Source: a virus
Taxonomy: Duplodnaviria > Caudoviricetes
IMG/VR virus record: IMGVR_UViG_3300031760_000010
Span: 58,560-122,559 of that record
Length of the DNA stretch: 64,000 nt
Reading direction: 5' to 3' (one strand)
Notes under the pieces: model-generated
Databases searched by the model: none
Seen by the model: the letters and a program-made list of their open reading frames with translations, nothing else
Told to the model about the DNA's origin: nothing
Shown: in pieces, positions 59,974-64,000 of the stretch
Numbering within the stretch: the first letter of the stretch is position 1
Layout of the letters: the number at the start of each line of letters is the position of its first letter
Made by a program: the position numbers and the translations under genes

Positions 59974-60170
59974 GTACCAAAAGTGGTACTTTTCTGGTAC
60001 TTTTGGTACTTGAGGATCAAAAAAACCACGTAAATACGTGGTTTTTCAAGTATGCCCGGGGGGATTCGAACCCTAGCAAAACTCCCACTTTTGCTTGATT
60101 CTACCTAATCAAAACACACTTTGATAGCTGGTACTTATGGTACTGATTTGGTATCAATTTGGTACTTTTT
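59972..60170. other. putative attP: tRNA 3' fragment core with TGGTACT arm repeats
   Basis: Minus strand gggttcgaatccccccgggcatac (60050-60073); two clusters of four (T)GGTA(C) repeats either side. Confidence 0.75.
60021..60046. terminator. bidirectional terminator
   Basis: aaaaaccacgta-aa-tacgtggttttt. Confidence 0.7.
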
Positions 60171-60320
60171 GGAAGGAGGAAGCTGTACATCTGCTATTTT
60201 TAAATATAGAAATGGACATATTGTTCATCAGACAATGTGTATATTTTTATGTTTAAAAACAATTGCATTTTCTTTCAGATCGCTTTATAATAAATCTATC
60301 AATTATAAGGAGGTGCCATT

Positions 60321-60593
60321 ATGGCAGATGCGAAAGAAAGAAAACCTCGTCGTCCTAAAGAGGAAATACTGAAAGTAAAGATTGCTACCGCCACCGAAAA
60401 ACTTGAAAAGGCTAAAGCTAATGTCGAAAGATTTGAGGCACTGAAGGCTAAGTTGGAGAATGATTTAGCCAATCTGGAGCATGCTGCAGAGAATAAAGTA
60501 AGAGCTGCTGAAGATCGCAAAAAGATCAATGCTCTTATTAAAGAAAAAGGTTTAACCTTTGACCAGCTTGAAGCATTACTCGACAATAAATAA
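60321..60593 (+). CDS. small basic coiled-coil protein
   Basis: AAGGAGG RBS; upstream ttgcat..tataat promoter. Confidence 0.65.
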   Translation: MADAKERKPRRPKEEILKVKIATATEKLEKAKANVERFEALKAKLENDLANLEHAAENKVRAAEDRKKINALIKEKGLTFDQLEALLDNK

Positions 60594-60597
60594 GATC

Positions 60598-60641
60598 AAA
60601 AAAAGGGGTTACATTCACTTTAACAGTAAATGTAACCCCTT
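60598..60641. terminator. terminator between convergent genes
   Basis: aaggggttacatt...aatgtaacccctt with A-run. Confidence 0.7.
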
Positions 60642-60646
60642 GATAA

Positions 60647-61567
60647 TTAGAATTTAATATACTTTAAACTTACCCAGCCACCTGAAATAACATCTTTACC
60701 CCAAGTACCATCTGCATTCATACTGTTGATAGTTACTTTAGTGCCTTTATCCAAAACACTAATGACATCTGAAGATGTACCAGCAGCTCTTCTTACGTTG
60801 AGCTTGTCGGCAGTTACTTTACCAGCCAGATTCTTACCTAAATTCTGTACATACTTTAAGCTTACCCAGCCTTTGTTATTTGCATAACCCCATTTGCCGT
60901 TTTCTTCTTTAGTGATCCAAACGTATTCTCCTTCTTTAAAAGTACCAACTACTTTTGCATCGGTAGAAGCGCTCTTACGAATGTTCAAAGAAGAGGCAGT
61001 AATCTTACCAATATAACCAACAAAGGCCGTATTGGGGATAGTGGTAGCGGGCACTTTAGCACCGTTACCGACTACAATAACTGTGTGGCCTTTAGTCTTG
61101 GTTACCAGAATATCTCCATCTAACAGATAATCTGAAGACTTACAATATTTATCAGAGGTAAGGATCTCCACTTCACCAGTAGCCTTAAATACACTAACCT
61201 CGTTACCAGTATAAAAATCACCGACCATTATCCCAGCATAAGCACAACATACTCGTACCAGGCCAGAGCAATCCGTCTCAACTTTCTTTGTTGTCTTACT
61301 AGGATCAAATCCATAAGGTTTGACATTATTATATAGTGTCAATCGTTGATACTGATCATACCCGATAGACTTATTTGCATAAGCTTTTTTAGCACCCTCA
61401 GATACTTTGGCTCTCTTTTTTGGATCCTTAATACGAATAACTACCCAGCCTTTTTTGTGCACATAATAGTTTTGCCGATCAATCTCATGGCCAGTTTGAT
61501 TCCCGGCAGAACCACCATGCAAATTACCATCTTCGTCATGTCTTGCAGATATTAATTTAACACCCAT
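60647..61567 (-). CDS. endolysin: NlpC/P60-CHAP-like catalytic domain plus two SH3b
   Basis: IGYDQ..ETDCSGLV..GHT; LNIRK/LNVRR..GWVSLKY. Confidence 0.8.
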   Translation of the reverse strand: MGVKLISARHDEDGNLHGGSAGNQTGHEIDRQNYYVHKKGWVVIRIKDPKKRAKVSEGAKKAYANKSIGYDQYQRLTLYNNVKPYGFDPSKTTKKVETDCSGLVRVCCAYAGIMVGDFYTGNEVSVFKATGEVEILTSDKYCKSSDYLLDGDILVTKTKGHTVIVVGNGAKVPATTIPNTAFVGYIGKITASSLNIRKSASTDAKVVGTFKEGEYVWITKEENGKWGYANNKGWVSLKYVQNLGKNLAGKVTADKLNVRRAAGTSSDVISVLDKGTKVTINSMNADGTWGKDVISGGWVSLKYIKF

Positions 61568-61570
61568 GTC

Positions 61571-61909
61571 TTATTCACCCGCCTTTTTATTAAAACCATG
61601 TTCTTCCTCACAACTGCGGAATCCTTTTACTAAATTTTCTTCCAACTCCAATGCTATATCTAGATCTAAAATAGTGTCTGCAATAATTATATGTTGGATA
61701 TCATTTCTTTCATTAGTAATTTTAAAAAATTCTTGGCGGTTAACATAATTACCAACGAAAGGATCATAACTATACCTTTTATTCCCGAATTCTTCCCATT
61801 CTGTCCATAAACTTACAGAGACATAAAAACGATTATGCCGTTTATTGTTTATATCTGGTACAATATCTACAGCGATTTCATACCATTGAATATTATCCTT
61901 GTATTCCAT
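61571..61909 (-). CDS. hypothetical protein (degenerate GIY-YIG-like)
   Basis: FYVS..W..HII..A.ELE..I...GFN pattern; GGAG RBS. Confidence 0.4.
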   Translation of the reverse strand: MEYKDNIQWYEIAVDIVPDINNKRHNRFYVSVSLWTEWEEFGNKRYSYDPFVGNYVNRQEFFKITNERNDIQHIIIADTILDLDIALELEENLVKGFRSCEEEHGFNKKAGE

Positions 61910-61918
61910 ATTATCTCC

Positions 61919-62293
61919 TTATTCTACAGTTTCTCCCTCGTGAGATTCCAAAACATTAAAAGCTCCATAAGTTTCCTGTACAATCATATCTAATTCGTGG
62001 CATACGCTTTCAATTAAAGTTTCGATTTCAGGCGTTACAGCAATGCCTTTTTCAGTCAAGTATCTGACAACATAAGCTTTCTTATCTTTCTTATCTATCT
62101 GATGAGAACTTGCTAGTTTTTCTGCTGCCTGAACTCCGACAGCAACTATATTATATAGACGCTTTTCTACCAGGAACGGTACCAGGGTTTCTTTCAACCA
62201 AGGAATAATTACAGTAGCAACAATAATTGAAATCACACTAGCCACGATTTCAAAACAATTAGTAACGACTACGTTGATGATTGCTTCTTTCAT
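61919..62293 (-). CDS. holin (LL-H-like)
   Basis: N-terminal TM; V.AAEKL..KK.YV..IES.C. Confidence 0.7.
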   Translation of the reverse strand: MKEAIINVVVTNCFEIVASVISIIVATVIIPWLKETLVPFLVEKRLYNIVAVGVQAAEKLASSHQIDKKDKKAYVVRYLTEKGIAVTPEIETLIESVCHELDMIVQETYGAFNVLESHEGETVE

Positions 62294-62312
62294 AACTTTA
62301 TCCTCCTAAAAC

Positions 62313-62813
62313 TTATAGCTGATCGCTTTTAATGGGAAGTTTCAATATCTCTGGATATACCTTTTCATCTACAATCCCATTTCCACCAGCCTCTTTATAT
62401 TGTTTAACCAAATCAATAAACCTATCTAATTCGGTCTGATTAATATATCCTTGTTTCATCACATCATGATAGATCCGAAAGATTGTTCCACGATAAGTAT
62501 CGACTATTGTTCTCGATTGTGTATCTTGCACTTTCTGTATCATGGATATTACTTCACTCATTCTTTCACATAATTCGTTTAATTTCTTGTATTGCCATGA
62601 ATCATGTTGCTCTAAAGTTTTTATTCTTTTTTCTGTTTCTTCTTCTTTATTCTCTTGAGTATCTTTGATTCCGTGATATTCATCCAATCTGTCTTTAATC
62701 CATTTACATGCATCATATATTGCTTTGAAAAACAGATATGTCAGCACTATTGACAACATGATAACTACTATTGGTGATTCAGTATTCACTATCTGTGATA
62801 TAATTTTGTCCAT
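62313..62813 (-). CDS. membrane-anchored lysis-module protein
   Basis: Single TM, coiled coil and Y..AGGNG motif. Confidence 0.6.
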   Translation of the reverse strand: MDKIISQIVNTESPIVVIMLSIVLTYLFFKAIYDACKWIKDRLDEYHGIKDTQENKEEETEKRIKTLEQHDSWQYKKLNELCERMSEVISMIQKVQDTQSRTIVDTYRGTIFRIYHDVMKQGYINQTELDRFIDLVKQYKEAGGNGIVDEKVYPEILKLPIKSDQL

Positions 62814-62833
62814 TGGATCGTCCCCCCTATATA

Positions 62834-63778
62834 TTACTTTTTGAATGATTTAGCCGCTTTTAAAGTTGCTTTATCAAATTTGCCAGTTACGTTAACGCCA
62901 AGAATTTTTTGTACCGTTATCACCTTTTTCTCCGTTTTCTGACCAAATTGACCATCAACTAATAAATCAGCAGTCGTATTATCAATCCAATTTAGTAATT
63001 GTTGGAGTCTTTTTAGTTGGGTGGGATAATCTTTTAATGTATTGATTCCATCCTCTTTTGCATAATAACCTCTTGATGGCAATACAGGGTAAGTGCCATT
63101 ATAGGTTTTCTTTGAAGTGTTTGTTTTTACTTCATTGACTTTATCTTTTATGGTAGTTATTATTGTGGATAATCCTTTGTTAGACATTGGTGTGGTAAAC
63201 CATTCTAATGATTTGTCACCACTAATACGATTCAAATCCACCATAGTTTTAATGCCGGGAATTGAACCGTTTTCTGTAAATTGATGCAAATCTACTCCCG
63301 CATGGGGCGGATAACTTGCATTATAATAATGCGTATTTTTGCCATATCTTGCTTCCCACCAGGCACAGTTAATGCCTCTGCTATCGATTACTGTTTTATA
63401 TCTGCTAAGCTGAGAATACTGTGTATATAGCATTGTTTTATGGCCCTGTTTGTTTAGCCATAACAGGGCCTCTTTAACATCTTTTGCATCATTGTATCGT
63501 TCTACATCAAGAATATATCCGACAAAATATTTTCCAATTTTGGTTTTGCATTGGTCAACCATAAATTTAGTTTGTTGCAGTTCATTCCCTTTCTTTAAAA
63601 AAGTATAAAGCCAATAAGGAATCTTATTGGCTTCACACTTTTTGATAAAATCATATAAAGTTGGATCTACAAACGATGTACCTTCAGTAGCTTTTGTAAT
63701 GAGGAATGAACAATTATGTTTGATTAAAGGCCATGATGTAATCGGGTCATGATGACTAATATCAGGTATGTAAGCCAT
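62834..63778 (-). CDS. GH25 endolysin with peptidoglycan-binding domain
   Basis: DISHH, KATEG, LDVE, HQFT and VDLN; VDG.FG..T. Confidence 0.88.
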   Translation of the reverse strand: MAYIPDISHHDPITSWPLIKHNCSFLITKATEGTSFVDPTLYDFIKKCEANKIPYWLYTFLKKGNELQQTKFMVDQCKTKIGKYFVGYILDVERYNDAKDVKEALLWLNKQGHKTMLYTQYSQLSRYKTVIDSRGINCAWWEARYGKNTHYYNASYPPHAGVDLHQFTENGSIPGIKTMVDLNRISGDKSLEWFTTPMSNKGLSTIITTIKDKVNEVKTNTSKKTYNGTYPVLPSRGYYAKEDGINTLKDYPTQLKRLQQLLNWIDNTTADLLVDGQFGQKTEKKVITVQKILGVNVTGKFDKATLKAAKSFKK

Positions 63779-63891
63779 AAGATTCCTCCTTTATTTATGC
63801 TATTGTTTATATGTTACTCATAAGAAGCGATAATTGTTCTTTTAATTTTTTGTTTTCACGTTCTAGTTGTGTAATGCGATCTCGATATTCT

Positions 63892-64000
63892 TCATGCTCT
63901 TACTCCTTTGAGTCTGTTCACTTCCTGAGACAGTTCCTGAATGGCTTTCACCAGATAGCCCATCATGTAGAAGGTGTCGATGCTCTTGATGTTCATTGCG
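63892..64000 (-). CDS. C-terminus of a tail-fibre protein (S74 chaperone-like), truncated by window edge
   Basis: ..YMMGYLVKAIQELSQEVNRLK.. Confidence 0.6.
   Translation of the reverse strand, partial: AMNIKSIDTFYMMGYLVKAIQELSQEVNRLKGVRA

Noticed and set aside
60050-60073. Functional tRNA gene on the minus strand
   Set aside because: Only the T arm and 3' acceptor strand are present; treated as the att core.

Overview
This is 64 kb of a large, AT-rich temperate phage. The host is probably an anaerobic Bacillota (Clostridia/Lachnospiraceae-like), inferred from sigma-A promoters, AGGAGG ribosome-binding sites, a Gram-positive SOS box and class III RNR. The gene set resembles SPbeta. From left to right: (1) an accessory region, 1-19.9 kb; (2) a YopQ/MrpR-like repression module; (3) a tRNA/ncRNA cluster at 22.6-26.9 kb with 11 tRNA genes, one of them split by a group I intron, plus four tRNA-like elements; (4) a replication and nucleotide-metabolism block (SSB-like, AAA ATPase, DnaB, primase, DnaE and NrdD each split by a homing-endonuclease group I intron, RecD2, LigA, NrdG, dUTPase) with an inserted IscB/omegaRNA element; (5) a tyrosine integrase followed by an apparently intact attP; (6) a convergent lysis module. 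The standout is a stand-alone reverse transcriptase (5272-6525, YSDD). It is followed by three tandem ~170-230 nt non-coding units, two accessory genes and a fourth unit. All four units share one scaffold (TTTA, hairpin, ATGA..CA.TA.AG..A.GC) and two crossing helices that covary between units. Each carries a different long GC-rich hairpin rich in restriction-type sites. This suggests an RT with an array of exchangeable templates, possibly making DNA-hairpin decoys. All pairings were read by eye; no folding or database searches were run.
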